Part shown: positions 29,844-39,912 of the stretch, piece after piece
How positions within the stretch are numbered: position 1 is the first letter of the stretch
Layout: every line of letters starts with the position of its first letter
Assembly: GCA_965237955.1 (NCBI GenBank)
Contig: OZ250169.1
Location: forward strand, 7,744,001-7,808,000
DNA from: Candidatus Marinacidobacterales bacterium
GTDB lineage: Bacteria; Acidobacteriota; Vicinamibacteria; Marinacidobacterales; SMYC01
Length of the DNA: 64,000 bases
Direction: 5' to 3'
The notes under the pieces: generated by a model
The model's database searches: none
What the model was told of the DNA's origin: nothing
The model's input: the letters and a program-made list of their open reading frames with translations, nothing else
Translations under genes and position numbers: made by a program

Positions 29844-30713
29844 ATGCCCGCATCTCACACTGTCGAACATCCTGCGGAACTTCTGGCCTTTCTTTTTGCC
29901 TGTCGGCCTGAGGTGAAGAGGACAACGGTGCGGCAGTGGCTCAAGTACGGGTCGGTTCAAGTCAACGGACGGTCGATCACACGCTCCAACCACCCTCTGC
30001 AGACCGGGGATCTGGTTTCGATTCGCGCCAAGGGCGATGTGCGCGCAGAAGGTCTGTTGCCACCGGGAATGACGGTATTGTTTGAGGACGCGTCGCTCAT
30101 TGTCATCGAGAAGCCCGAGCATCTGCTGAGTATGGCCAGCGCGACGGAACGCGACGAGACAGCCTATGCCTTTCTGACTGACTACGTGCGCCGCGGCAAT
30201 CCTCAGAGCCGGGAGCGGGTGTGGATCGTCCACCGGTTGGACCGCGAGTCGTCCGGGCTAATGGTTTTTGCGAAGACGGAGGCGGTGAAGCGCGCGCTGC
30301 AAGCACATTGGTCGAAGGCCGAGAAACGCTACCTGGCGGTGGTGGAAGGAAATCCACCGGCGGACCACGGCGTGCTGAGGTCACACCTGGATGAGAGCGG
30401 CCCCTTCAAGGTCAGAAGCGCCCGTCCGAGCGAGCGGACACGCCATGCGGTGACCCATTACCGGGTGATGAAGCGAATCGCGACCCGCGCGTTGATCGAA
30501 CTGACGCCAGAGACGGGTCGGCGCAATCAGATCCGGGTGCACCTGGCCGATGCGGGATGTCCGATCATCGGCGATCACAAATATGAGGCCCGCACGAATC
30601 CCACCCTGCGACTGGGATTGCACGCTAGTCACCTTGAATTCAAGCACCCGTTGTCTGGAGAACTTCTAAGATTTGAATCACCTCTTCCGCAGGATCTGGC
30701 GCGGCTGCTGTGA
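29844..30713 (+). CDS. RluA family pseudouridine synthase
   Basis: S4-like N-terminus, VHRLDRESSG, TGRRNQIRVH, PIIGD. Confidence 0.9.
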   Translation: MPASHTVEHPAELLAFLFACRPEVKRTTVRQWLKYGSVQVNGRSITRSNHPLQTGDLVSIRAKGDVRAEGLLPPGMTVLFEDASLIVIEKPEHLLSMASATERDETAYAFLTDYVRRGNPQSRERVWIVHRLDRESSGLMVFAKTEAVKRALQAHWSKAEKRYLAVVEGNPPADHGVLRSHLDESGPFKVRSARPSERTRHAVTHYRVMKRIATRALIELTPETGRRNQIRVHLADAGCPIIGDHKYEARTNPTLRLGLHASHLEFKHPLSGELLRFESPLPQDLARLL

Positions 30714-30893
30714 CCTGGAGGCCTCGTGGAATTGATCGGGGACGATTCCATACTTGGCCATGTCTCGGCAGGGTCCATTCCCAAGCAAGTGAACCAGTTC
30801 GTGAACAACAATGTATTCGAGGCACTCCGCTTCGGACGGTGGACATTCTCATATCACGTCGAGTAGGATGCCGCAAACTGGGAGGTTTACAGG

Positions 30894-33800
30894 ATGAGAC
30901 GCTTTTTTCTCCTTGCTTTCCTAGCCCTCCCCGTGGGCGCGTCAAGCGCATTCGGGGACGACGCCGTTGATTCCGTGCTCGACAACCTCGAATGGCGCAG
31001 TATCGGCCCGGCGATTTTCGGCGGCCGCATCGTCGATTTCGCGGTCGTCGAGTCGAACCCGAACGTCGCGTTCGTGGCGCCGGAGACCGCCGGGATCTGG
31101 AAGACGACAAATAACGGTATCACTTGGGAGCCGCTTTTCGACGACCAACCGGTGTCGGGCGTCGGCGATATCGCGGTCGCGCCGTCCGACCCTTCGATCG
31201 TATGGGCCGGCACCGGAAACCGCTCCTCATGGGGCGACGGCGTCTACAAGTCGATGGACGGTGGCGCAACGTGGACGAACATGGGACTCGAGGACACCCA
31301 CCATATCGGACGGGTGCACATCCACCCTACGAATCCCGACATCGTCTACGTTGCAGCGGTCGGGCGTTCCCGGGGGTCGAACGAGCAACGGGGCGTCTTC
31401 AAGACGACCGACGGCGGCAAGACTTGGAAGAATACCAAGTTCCTCAGCGAGAACACCGGCTTCGTCGACCTCGCGATGGATCTCGAAAGTCCGGACACGC
31501 TCTACGCCGCGGCCTACCAGAGGCGCCGACGCGCGTTCGGCTTCGACGGCGGTGGTCCCGAAAGCGGCCTGTACAAGACGACCGATGGCGGGGTGACGTG
31601 GACGAAGCTCACGGGCGGCCTCCCTGAAGGCGACACCGGCCGGATCGGCATCGATATCTATCGCAAAGACCCCCGCATCGTCTACGCGATTATCGAGAAC
31701 GCCGAGGGCGGCATCTTTCGTTCGGAAGACAAGGGCGAAACGTGGAAGAAGATGAGCGATACCAACCCGGGCCCGGCGAATTACAGCGAGATTCGCATCG
31801 ATCCCCTCAACGATCAGCGCATCTGGGTGTTCGGTGCCAGCATGTACAACTCTGACGATGGCGGAAGAACCTTCGTCACCGATCACGTCACCCGCATCCA
31901 CGGTGACCACCATGCTCTTTGGATCAATCCGCGCGATTCGAACCACTTGCTCTTGGGCTCGGACGGGGGCATCCACTACTCCTACGATCGCGGTCTCACC
32001 TGGGATTTCGTGAACACCCTCGCGATAGGACAGTTCTACGAGATCGGTTACGACATGGAGACCCCCTACAATATCTACGGCGGTCTTCAGGACAACGCGA
32101 ACTGGGGAGGACCGGTTAGAACCCGCCACCAGCAAGGCATCTCCAACGAAGATTGGTGGCACGTCGGCGGCGACGACGGCTTCTACACCCAAGTCGATCC
32201 CAACGACGCGACGACGATCTACTTCGAGTCGCAGAACGGAGTCTTGCGCCGCCTCGATCTGAGCCGGCTCGAGATCAAGACGATCCGGCCCGAGCCCGAT
32301 GAAGGTGAGGCCCGCTACCGTTTCAACTGGAACAGTCCCATTGTTATTTCGCCCCACGATTCGAAGACGATCTATTACGGTGGCAACCGGCTGTTCAAGT
32401 CGACGAATCGCGGCGACGAATGGACTCGTACCGCCGACTTGACCAAGAACCTGGGCGAAACGCTGAACGACGACACCCTGTCGCGGAACAACGGCGTCTC
32501 GACAATCACAACCATCAGTGAGTCTCCTCTCGTTCAAGGCCTGCTCTACGTGGGAACAGATGATGGCAACATTCAAGTCTCACGAGACGGTGGCGAAAGC
32601 TGGAACAACGTCGCGGCCAACTTGCCCGGCGTCCCCCCTGGCATCCACCACGACGGCATACACGAAGAAACGCACGTCACCCGGGTCGTTTCATCCCACC
32701 ATGCGGAAGGGCGCGTCTATGCTACCCTCGATGGCCACCGCAACGGCGATTTCGCCACTTACGCGTTCGCGAGCGACGACTACGGTGAAACGTGGCGACG
32801 CATCACCACAGGTATCCCCGACGGCCACACGCTGAACGTCATCCGCGAGCACCCGGACAACGGCGCGCTTTTGTTTGCCGGTGGCAAGCGGGGGGTCTAC
32901 GTTTCTTTCGACGGCGGCGAGGTATGGCACGAGATGCGCGGTAGCTTTCCCCGGGTGCCGGTCGACGACATCGCGATCCATCCGCGCGACAACGACCTCA
33001 TTCTAGGAACATACGGCCGCAGCATCTGGGTCCTCGACGACATGAAGCCGCTCGAGAATCTGAGCGACGCGGTGCTTGCGGCGAAGCTTCATGTCTTTCC
33101 CATTCGGGACGCGATCAACTACCGCCTCTTCCACTACAAAGGCCACCCGGGCCACAAGGTGTTTCTCGCCAAGAACCCGCCGCAGGCGCTCATCCACTAC
33201 TATTTGAGCGAACCAGAGGCGGTGAAAGTCACCGTGACCGACGCCACGGGCCAGGTCGTCCGTACAATCGAAGGCTCGAACCACGTAGGGCTCAACCGCA
33301 CCAACTGGGATCTGAGATATGACGAAGCGATCCCGACCGAGCCCACGGAGGGCTCCAACCCACCTCCTGGTCTCGAAGAGGGTAGGCAGAATGGAAACCT
33401 CGAGGCGATCAATCTTCTCAGACCGAGAGTCCTTCCCGGTACCTATGCGGTGCGGGTCGAGGCCGGCTCCGAGTCGGCCGAGCGCACGGTCATCGTGACC
33501 GACGATCCAAACGTACGCGCGAGCGACGCCGATCGCCGAGCGCATCTCGATGCTCTTCTCGAGCTTCGCCGGCTCATTTCGGATATGCACGAAGCGCACG
33601 AGCAAGCCGCTGCCTTGACCGAACAGCTCAATGGGCTCGAAGCGACACTCGACGACGCGCCCGAGACGGTCGCGACCGCGTTCGCGGCGGCGAAAACGAG
33701 CGTGTCGGAGCTCGAGCGCTTGCTCTCGCGCGACGAGGGACGGACGCTCACCTTTGGTGGCGCAACCGGACCTTTATACCAACGACTGATGCGTCTCTAT

Positions 33801-33998
33801 GGCATCCTCGACACTTACACGGAAGCGCCGAGCTCCCAACGGCAGGCGCAGATCGCGTCGATGTCGAGAGAGCTGAACGAGCGGCTCGATGGGCTGAAGG
33901 CCGTCGTCAGTGGCGAGATCGCCGAGCTCAACCGCGCCATCGAGGAGAATCGGATCCCGCGCATCCGACCACCGACACCGAAAAAACCGACGTCTTGA
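30894..33998 (+). CDS. Secreted VPS10/sortilin-like BNR-repeat protein
   Basis: WRSIGPA...GGR, many SxDGGxTW boxes, GGLQDN, GTYGRSIWVLDD. Confidence 0.9.
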   Translation: MRRFFLLAFLALPVGASSAFGDDAVDSVLDNLEWRSIGPAIFGGRIVDFAVVESNPNVAFVAPETAGIWKTTNNGITWEPLFDDQPVSGVGDIAVAPSDPSIVWAGTGNRSSWGDGVYKSMDGGATWTNMGLEDTHHIGRVHIHPTNPDIVYVAAVGRSRGSNEQRGVFKTTDGGKTWKNTKFLSENTGFVDLAMDLESPDTLYAAAYQRRRRAFGFDGGGPESGLYKTTDGGVTWTKLTGGLPEGDTGRIGIDIYRKDPRIVYAIIENAEGGIFRSEDKGETWKKMSDTNPGPANYSEIRIDPLNDQRIWVFGASMYNSDDGGRTFVTDHVTRIHGDHHALWINPRDSNHLLLGSDGGIHYSYDRGLTWDFVNTLAIGQFYEIGYDMETPYNIYGGLQDNANWGGPVRTRHQQGISNEDWWHVGGDDGFYTQVDPNDATTIYFESQNGVLRRLDLSRLEIKTIRPEPDEGEARYRFNWNSPIVISPHDSKTIYYGGNRLFKSTNRGDEWTRTADLTKNLGETLNDDTLSRNNGVSTITTISESPLVQGLLYVGTDDGNIQVSRDGGESWNNVAANLPGVPPGIHHDGIHEETHVTRVVSSHHAEGRVYATLDGHRNGDFATYAFASDDYGETWRRITTGIPDGHTLNVIREHPDNGALLFAGGKRGVYVSFDGGEVWHEMRGSFPRVPVDDIAIHPRDNDLILGTYGRSIWVLDDMKPLENLSDAVLAAKLHVFPIRDAINYRLFHYKGHPGHKVFLAKNPPQALIHYYLSEPEAVKVTVTDATGQVVRTIEGSNHVGLNRTNWDLRYDEAIPTEPTEGSNPPPGLEEGRQNGNLEAINLLRPRVLPGTYAVRVEAGSESAERTVIVTDDPNVRASDADRRAHLDALLELRRLISDMHEAHEQAAALTEQLNGLEATLDDAPETVATAFAAAKTSVSELERLLSRDEGRTLTFGGATGPLYQRLMRLYGILDTYTEAPSSQRQAQIASMSRELNERLDGLKAVVSGEIAELNRAIEENRIPRIRPPTPKKPTS

Positions 33999-34229
33999 GC
34001 ATGCTCTCGGCAGTGAAAAGTTAATCGATCTCGATCAGCTCTGCAGCGAAGTGCCTTTCGTCGAAGAGAACGTCTTTCCGCACCCGACGTTCAATGTTAT
34101 AGTGATCAACCACCTGCTATAAGACGGTGGCTTCAAGGGTTGTCAATTGGAAATTGACTGTCATCACGTTGCTACCCGCCGATCGCAAGGCGCCGAAATC
34201 GATTCGATAGCGCAAAAAGGAGAAAATTC

Positions 34230-35444
34230 ATGAGCTCACTCGACCGCCGCACTTTCTTGAAAACCACCGCGGCTAGTCTCGCGGTTGTGCCTGCGAGCCG
34301 GGCGCTGGCAGCGCCCTCCGACGAGGACCCTCTGGGTGTGCGCCGCGACTTCCCAATCACCGACACGCTTACCTACCTCGACACTGCCAACCGCGCACCT
34401 TTTCCGATAGCGGTGAGGGATGCCACCGTCGCTTATGCGGACGTGAAGATGCACATGGGTTTCGCCGCCCGCAGGGACCAGATTCGAGAGGAGGCGCGCG
34501 AGCGGTTTGCCGCGCTATTCGGCGCCAAGCCCGAAGAGATCGCCATTCTCTACTCCACGAGCGACGGTGAGAACATCGTCGCCAGCGCTCTCGACCTCGG
34601 AGCTGGCGACAACGTCGTCATCGACGAGCTCCACTTCGTGACGAGCTTCGTCCTGTACCGAGAACTCGAGAAAGAGAAAGGCATCGAGCTCCGTATCGTG
34701 CCTCAGCGAGACGGTCGCTCGGACATGGAGGATTTCGACGCCCGCATCGATGGCAAAACGAAGCTCGTGTCGGTGGCGTGGGTCTCGAATCGTAACGGCT
34801 TTCGCGAGGACGTGCGAGGCTTGGCGGAGTTGGCGCACCGCAAGGGCGCTTTCCTCTACGCCGACGGCGTCCAGGCCATCGGACACTTCCCCACCAGCCT
34901 CACCGAGGAGGGCGTCGACTTCGTCACCACCAACTCGTACAAGTGGCTGTTCGCGAGCTACGGCGCCGCGCCTTTCTTCGTCCGTGAGGAGCTCCTCGAT
35001 CGGATCCGCCCGGACCGCTACGGCCACCAGCAGACCGAGGAGACGCTCGACAACTACCACTACCGACTGCGAACGACGGCGAGAAAGTACGAGTACGCGG
35101 CCCCCGCGTACAACATCGTCTATCAGTTGAACGCGGGCCTCGGGTACTTGAAAGAAGTCGGCCTCCACCGCATCGAAAAGCACACCGTGGCGCTCGCCCA
35201 CGAGCTAAGAGACGGGCTTGCGAGTCTCGGATTCGACCCCTGGACGCCTCCTAAGAACAACTCCCCTATCGTCAGCTTTGCTCACGGACGAGACACTGAC
35301 GAAATGCAGAAGCGCTTCGACAAGGAGGGCATCGTCGTCACCTTCCGCGAGAAGGAGGGTTCGGTGATTCGGGTGTCGGTCTCGCTGTTCAACAACCGAG
35401 CGGATATTCACAAGCTGCTGAAGGTGCTGGAGACGGTCGCTTAG
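34230..35444 (+). CDS. Class V aminotransferase-fold PLP enzyme with Tat signal
   Basis: DRRTFLK leader, YLDTA, DGVQAIG, SYKWL. Confidence 0.85.
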   Translation: MSSLDRRTFLKTTAASLAVVPASRALAAPSDEDPLGVRRDFPITDTLTYLDTANRAPFPIAVRDATVAYADVKMHMGFAARRDQIREEARERFAALFGAKPEEIAILYSTSDGENIVASALDLGAGDNVVIDELHFVTSFVLYRELEKEKGIELRIVPQRDGRSDMEDFDARIDGKTKLVSVAWVSNRNGFREDVRGLAELAHRKGAFLYADGVQAIGHFPTSLTEEGVDFVTTNSYKWLFASYGAAPFFVREELLDRIRPDRYGHQQTEETLDNYHYRLRTTARKYEYAAPAYNIVYQLNAGLGYLKEVGLHRIEKHTVALAHELRDGLASLGFDPWTPPKNNSPIVSFAHGRDTDEMQKRFDKEGIVVTFREKEGSVIRVSVSLFNNRADIHKLLKVLETVA

Positions 35445-35672
35445 TGCCAACAAAAACCCGCGAAGATATCGGTCTCGCGTGTCTTGCCGCGTCAACTGGT
35501 TGGAGGAGCCCGCACGGCGCTCTGAAGTTCGGGCGTGAGACCCGGACTCCGGCGATGCAGGCCGGACTCGCCACCCGGCGACTCACTTTCCGCGAGGTAT
35601 TCGTGTGTCTGCCGTCATCCTTATTAGGGTTCTCCTGTCGTTTCGGGGGATCTGATTTGTGTTGGAGGGCAT

Positions 35673-35984
35673 GGCCTATGGACGCTGCCGCGATTGTGGA
35701 AAACGCCGGAAACTCCGGGCGAGAGAGGCGTTTAGGGAAAGGTTGTGAGCACGTACAAACGTGGAGCGGCGTTTTCCACAATCGCTTGGAAAACGCTTCG
35801 CGTTTCCCACGAGCGCCCACAGGCCCCTCCTGATATATATACAAGAAAGATTAATTCATATGGAATAAGGAAGGGGGGGCTCGATTAGTGGAGGCTATGG
35901 AAAACGCCCTTCCAGGCTTCGAAGAGAACTCAGTCGTGAGCAAGGTCTGAACGACCAGAACCGTGGGGGCGTTTCCCACAGCCT
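35673..35984 (-). ncRNA. Candidate structured RNA in the non-coding arm of ISL3 copy 2
   Basis: Perfect stem 35690-35708/35767-35785, outer stem 35673-35686/35812-35825, second stem 35892-35909/35967-35984. Confidence 0.4.
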
Positions 35985-36110
35985 TGTCTCCCGCTGAGGG
36001 GCAGTGGCATTTGGTGAGGCCCGTGGGTTGAGAGGGTAAGCCATGTGTAGATGCGCATCGGCGAGAACGCTAGAATCTTTTTTTCCGAAAGAGAAAAGAG
36101 CGTTCCCGCG

Positions 36111-37331
36111 ATGCGCGTTACTACGTTAGTCAACAAGCTCATCGGATTGCAAGGCCTGTGGGTCCGAGGTTTCCACTTCCAGGCGGACAAAGCCAGAGTG
36201 GTGGTGGATGTAGTACCACGGAGGAGGAAGCCTCTGTGCGGGATTTGCGGACGAAAGGTCCGCAAGAACAAAGATCGCTACAATCGCTACTGGCGGCACT
36301 TGGACCTGTTCGGAGTCCGGACCTATCTTCGCTACTCGATCCGACGAGTGGTATGTCGGCGGTGTGGAGTGGTCAGAGAAAAGGTGCCTTGGGCAGACAA
36401 GGGAAGCCGCTTTACCAAAAGCTTCGAACAAGAGGTAGCGTGGCTGGCACAGAGGACGGACGTCAGCGCCGTAGCGAACTATTTCCGAGTGACGTGGCGT
36501 TCGGTGCGACGGATCATCCAGCGAGTGGTTGCCGAGCAGCGGGATGAGCGGCGCGAGCTCGATGGATTGCGGGTGATTGGGATGGACGAGATCAGCTACC
36601 GCAAACGCCACAAGTACTTAACAGTGGTAATAGACCATCTCAGCGGCCGGGTCGTCTGGGCGGGAAAGGAGCGCAAGGCCAAGACGCTGCTGCGGTTTTT
36701 CCGCAAGCTCGGACCACAAAGAGCCGCGGAGCTCGAAGCGGTCAGCATGGACATGTGGGAGCCGTACAGAACTGTCGTCGGCAAAAAGGCTCCTCAGGCA
36801 CGGGTGATCTTTGACCGCTTCCACATCGTCAAGCATCTGAACGAGGCCGTGGATAAGACCCGGCGCGAGCTGGTGCGCGAGCTCAAAGGGACTGCCCGGC
36901 GCAACCTCAAGAACACCAAGTTTCCCCTTCTCAAGGCCAAACACAACCGCAGCGCGAAAGACAAACGGGTGCTCCGCGAGCAGGTGCGAGCTAATCGTCG
37001 CCTCTACCGCGCCATGCTTCTGCGCGACAACTTCATGGACCTCTACACCTACAAAACCGAGACATGGGCCAAGAAGTTTCTCCGAGGATGGCTGCGGCGC
37101 GCTATGAGCTCGAGGATAGAGCCCGTCAAACGCGCGGCGAAGATGATCCGCAGCCACTTCGATGGCGTCATCGCGTGGGTCACGTGGAGACTCAGCAACG
37201 GCCGACTCGAAGGAATGAACAACAAAATCCGGCTGCTGAGCCACCGCAGCTTTGGACTCCACTCTGCCGAAGCTCTCATCAGTCTCGTCTACCTAAACTG
37301 TGGCGGTCTCACCCTCGAGAGGATCCACTGA
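36111..37331 (+). CDS. ISL3 family transposase
   Basis: Same motifs as copy 1 with three amino-acid differences visible. Confidence 0.95.
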   Translation: MRVTTLVNKLIGLQGLWVRGFHFQADKARVVVDVVPRRRKPLCGICGRKVRKNKDRYNRYWRHLDLFGVRTYLRYSIRRVVCRRCGVVREKVPWADKGSRFTKSFEQEVAWLAQRTDVSAVANYFRVTWRSVRRIIQRVVAEQRDERRELDGLRVIGMDEISYRKRHKYLTVVIDHLSGRVVWAGKERKAKTLLRFFRKLGPQRAAELEAVSMDMWEPYRTVVGKKAPQARVIFDRFHIVKHLNEAVDKTRRELVRELKGTARRNLKNTKFPLLKAKHNRSAKDKRVLREQVRANRRLYRAMLLRDNFMDLYTYKTETWAKKFLRGWLRRAMSSRIEPVKRAAKMIRSHFDGVIAWVTWRLSNGRLEGMNNKIRLLSHRSFGLHSAEALISLVYLNCGGLTLERIH

Positions 37332-37359
37332 AATGGCAGGAGAGGCCTTATTAGTAAGC

Positions 37360-37633
37360 ATCCGCGCGATCACGTGCGCCGTGCCGAGCCGGCTGCCGAC
37401 CGCCCCGATCGTGGACGAGCTTCTGGCGGCCTGAGTAACAGTTGATGGCGGAAGCACCACGTAGAGATTGGTGGCGGCGATGTTCTGCTCCTGCGCCTCG
37501 ACGCACATCGTGGCAAAGTCACGGTTCTCCCTTTGCACTTGTTCGAGCTCGCTTGTGAGAGACAATTTCTCCCCCTCGATCGGGTCGCGACTCGGGCACG
37601 ATGGCGCGCGCACCGCGGCACCGCGTCGTCCAT
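37360..37633 (-). pseudogene. Degraded coiled-coil/GAF-like gene fragment
   Basis: ELEQVQRENRDFATMCVEAQEQNIAATNLYV flanked by broken frames. Family assignment is from memory. Confidence 0.4.
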
Positions 37634-37669
37634 AGCGCGGGCCTCAATCGGATTCGGGTAGTGGTCTAG

Positions 37670-38143
37670 TTACACTTTCTCGCCCGTGATCTTGTGCATC
37701 TTGCTGCCGAGCTCCTCGAGCTCATCGGCAAGCGCGTTCAGAAGAAAGTCGAACTCGGTCGCGGAGGGGCGAAAGACGTCGACGAAATTCTCGCCGGCGA
37801 GAAGCGCGTGGAGGCGCGATTTCTGGAGTGCGCTCGAAAGCATGAACTGCATGCCGTGTAATTGCAGGCCCTCGAAGCCCTTCTCACCTGCCCCGCCGCG
37901 TCGGTTCCAAACGACGCTAGCCGCGATCTCGTACAGGCAGGGCTGCCGGTAGAAGGAGAGCTTGACGTCGACGTCGCTCCCGGGATCCAGCCGGCTGTCG
38001 ATCACGATGCAGGCACCGGTCACCGAGAGGTTGGTCAGCTCACCGAAGGCGATCTGCTGGGCATTCCTGAACACCGCCGCGGGCGCGACGTGTGTGGGTG
38101 CCATCCGTCGAATCGTTCGCTGGACGTCGAATCCCTTCTCCAT
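37670..38143 (-). CDS. PilZ-domain protein
   Basis: QRTIRR and NLSVTGA (RxxxR, D/NxSxxG), VVW, HGMQF. Confidence 0.8.
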   Translation of the reverse strand: MEKGFDVQRTIRRMAPTHVAPAAVFRNAQQIAFGELTNLSVTGACIVIDSRLDPGSDVDVKLSFYRQPCLYEIAASVVWNRRGGAGEKGFEGLQLHGMQFMLSSALQKSRLHALLAGENFVDVFRPSATEFDFLLNALADELEELGSKMHKITGEKV

Positions 38144-38211
38144 GGTTCAGCCTTGCGAGGGCCGGGCGGCTCCCTCCCCACAGAGCGATCGGCCCTTGCC
38201 TGCCACTTGAA

Positions 38212-38227
38212 AGCAAGATACCTGCCA
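38212..38227 (-). promoter_or_regulatory. Sigma54 (-24/-12) promoter upstream of the PilZ gene
   Basis: Minus strand TGGCAGGTATCTTGCT with exact GG-N10-GC spacing. Confidence 0.7.
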
Positions 38228-38706
38228 CGGCCTAAGCCGTTGCTGTGATGCAACTTAGATCGTTGCGCAAAAAAGCGACTTGTAAGGAATACCGACAGAC
38301 TCTACGGGAAGTTGCTAGGTAACTAGCAGACCGAACACGTCTTAGGTCAAATCAGACCCCGGCGTCAGTTATTCCGACAGTTGACGGCCCTAGAAGGAGG
38401 TCCCCCGCCCCCAATTTCGTCTCTATATGGGATGCGTAGCCGTCGACAATTCCGGGCGAAGCTGATTTGACGCCACGCTTATAGCAAGGCTTCCTGGCAG
38501 GAGAAGAGGCCTGATGATGTCTATCCTCGATGTCCCGAGCTTCGGAGAGATCGGGCCCGAGGGGTAGGTCTTAGACTACGGAAGTCTTGATGCTGTGAGC
38601 TCTTGGCTGCTTCGAGCTCACTCTTTTCCCGCTTGTGCCGCACCTCGCACCTGGATAAAATGCCCTCCGCGTTCGCTAGGTCGATCGCAAATTAGGAGCC
38701 TATTGT

Positions 38707-39912
38707 ATGAACCTCACGCAATTGTTTTACCGAGCCGCAGCAGTACTCGTATACGTGGCGGCAATCGGATGCAACCAGCCGGCGAAATCGGTGACCGAGG
38801 AAGCAACAACTGCCAGTAACGATGGAACGGGCACCCCGCAGTTCCAAGTCGATCCTTTCTGGCCGAAGACGCTGCCGGACGAGTGGCTCATAGGGCGAAT
38901 AGCCGGGATGGCGGTCGACTCGCAGGACCGAATCTTTGCCCTTCAGCGGCCCGGGAGCCTGACTCGGAGCGAGCTCGGCTTGATGCAAGATCCGCCCATG
39001 TCGCTGTGCTGCAGGCAAGCTCCTCCGGTCCTGGTATTCGATGCGGAGGGCAACCTTCTCGACTCTTGGGGTGGTCCGGGGGAGGGCTACGATTGGCCCG
39101 GCACCGAGCACGGCATATTCGTCGACCACAACGACAACGTCTGGGTCGGCGGCGAAGGCATCGGCGACCCAGACACCCTGTTGGACCACAGCGTACACGG
39201 GGAGGACAGCCCGCGGTGCCGCGATCACTTCGTGCTGAAATTCACGAATGACGGCAAGTTCCTCATGCAGATCGGCAAGGCGGGCAGGACCGGCGGCAAC
39301 AACAGCACGGAGTTCCTGGGACACCCGGCAGACATCGAAGTCGATCCCGAGACGAACGAGGTGTTCGTGGCCGACGGCTACTTGAACAAGCGCGTGATCG
39401 TGTTCGATGCGGAGACGGGGGAGTACAAGCGGCACTGGGGCGCCTACGGCAAAGTGCCGGACGAAGCCCCGATGGTCCGGTTCGATCCGGACGCTCCCAT
39501 CTCAGAGCACTTCGGCGATTCTGTGCACGGGATTCGAATCTCCAAGGACGGACTCGTGTATGTAGCGGATCGCGGTAACAGCCGTATTCAGATCTTCCAG
39601 AAGGATGGCACCTACGTGGAAGAGCATTTCATCATGCCAGAGACCCGGCGCGGGCCCGCGAGCGGAACGGTCTCGGATATTGAGTTATCACCAGATGAGG
39701 AGCAGACCTTTCTCTATGTCGCCGATAGCAACAATCAGCGGGTCTGGATCCTGCGACGAAACGACATGGAGATTCTCGATTTCTTCGGCCGCCGCGGACG
39801 CGGCGCGGGTGAATTCCACTGGCTGCACAAATTCGTTGTGGACTCCAAAGGCAACATCTACACCGGCGAAGTGCACATGCAGCGGCGCCTCCAGAAGTTC
39901 GAGGTGCAGTAG
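38707..39912 (+). CDS. NHL-repeat beta-propeller lipoprotein (PAL-like)
   Basis: AAIG-C lipobox, FQVDPFWPK, VFVADGYLNKRV, VYVADRGNSRIQ. Confidence 0.85.
   Translation: MNLTQLFYRAAAVLVYVAAIGCNQPAKSVTEEATTASNDGTGTPQFQVDPFWPKTLPDEWLIGRIAGMAVDSQDRIFALQRPGSLTRSELGLMQDPPMSLCCRQAPPVLVFDAEGNLLDSWGGPGEGYDWPGTEHGIFVDHNDNVWVGGEGIGDPDTLLDHSVHGEDSPRCRDHFVLKFTNDGKFLMQIGKAGRTGGNNSTEFLGHPADIEVDPETNEVFVADGYLNKRVIVFDAETGEYKRHWGAYGKVPDEAPMVRFDPDAPISEHFGDSVHGIRISKDGLVYVADRGNSRIQIFQKDGTYVEEHFIMPETRRGPASGTVSDIELSPDEEQTFLYVADSNNQRVWILRRNDMEILDFFGRRGRGAGEFHWLHKFVVDSKGNIYTGEVHMQRRLQKFEVQ

Larger units (their letters stand above)
35628..37346 (+). mobile_element. ISL3-family insertion sequence, copy 2 (1719 bp)
   Basis: Same IRs as copy 1. 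8-bp direct repeat CTTATTAG at 35620-35627 and 37347-37354. Confidence 0.95.

Noticed and set aside
2311-37346. 35-kb composite transposon bounded by the two ISL3 copies
   Set aside because: Each copy has its own matched 8-bp duplication, so they are independent insertions with no sign of joint movement or inversion.
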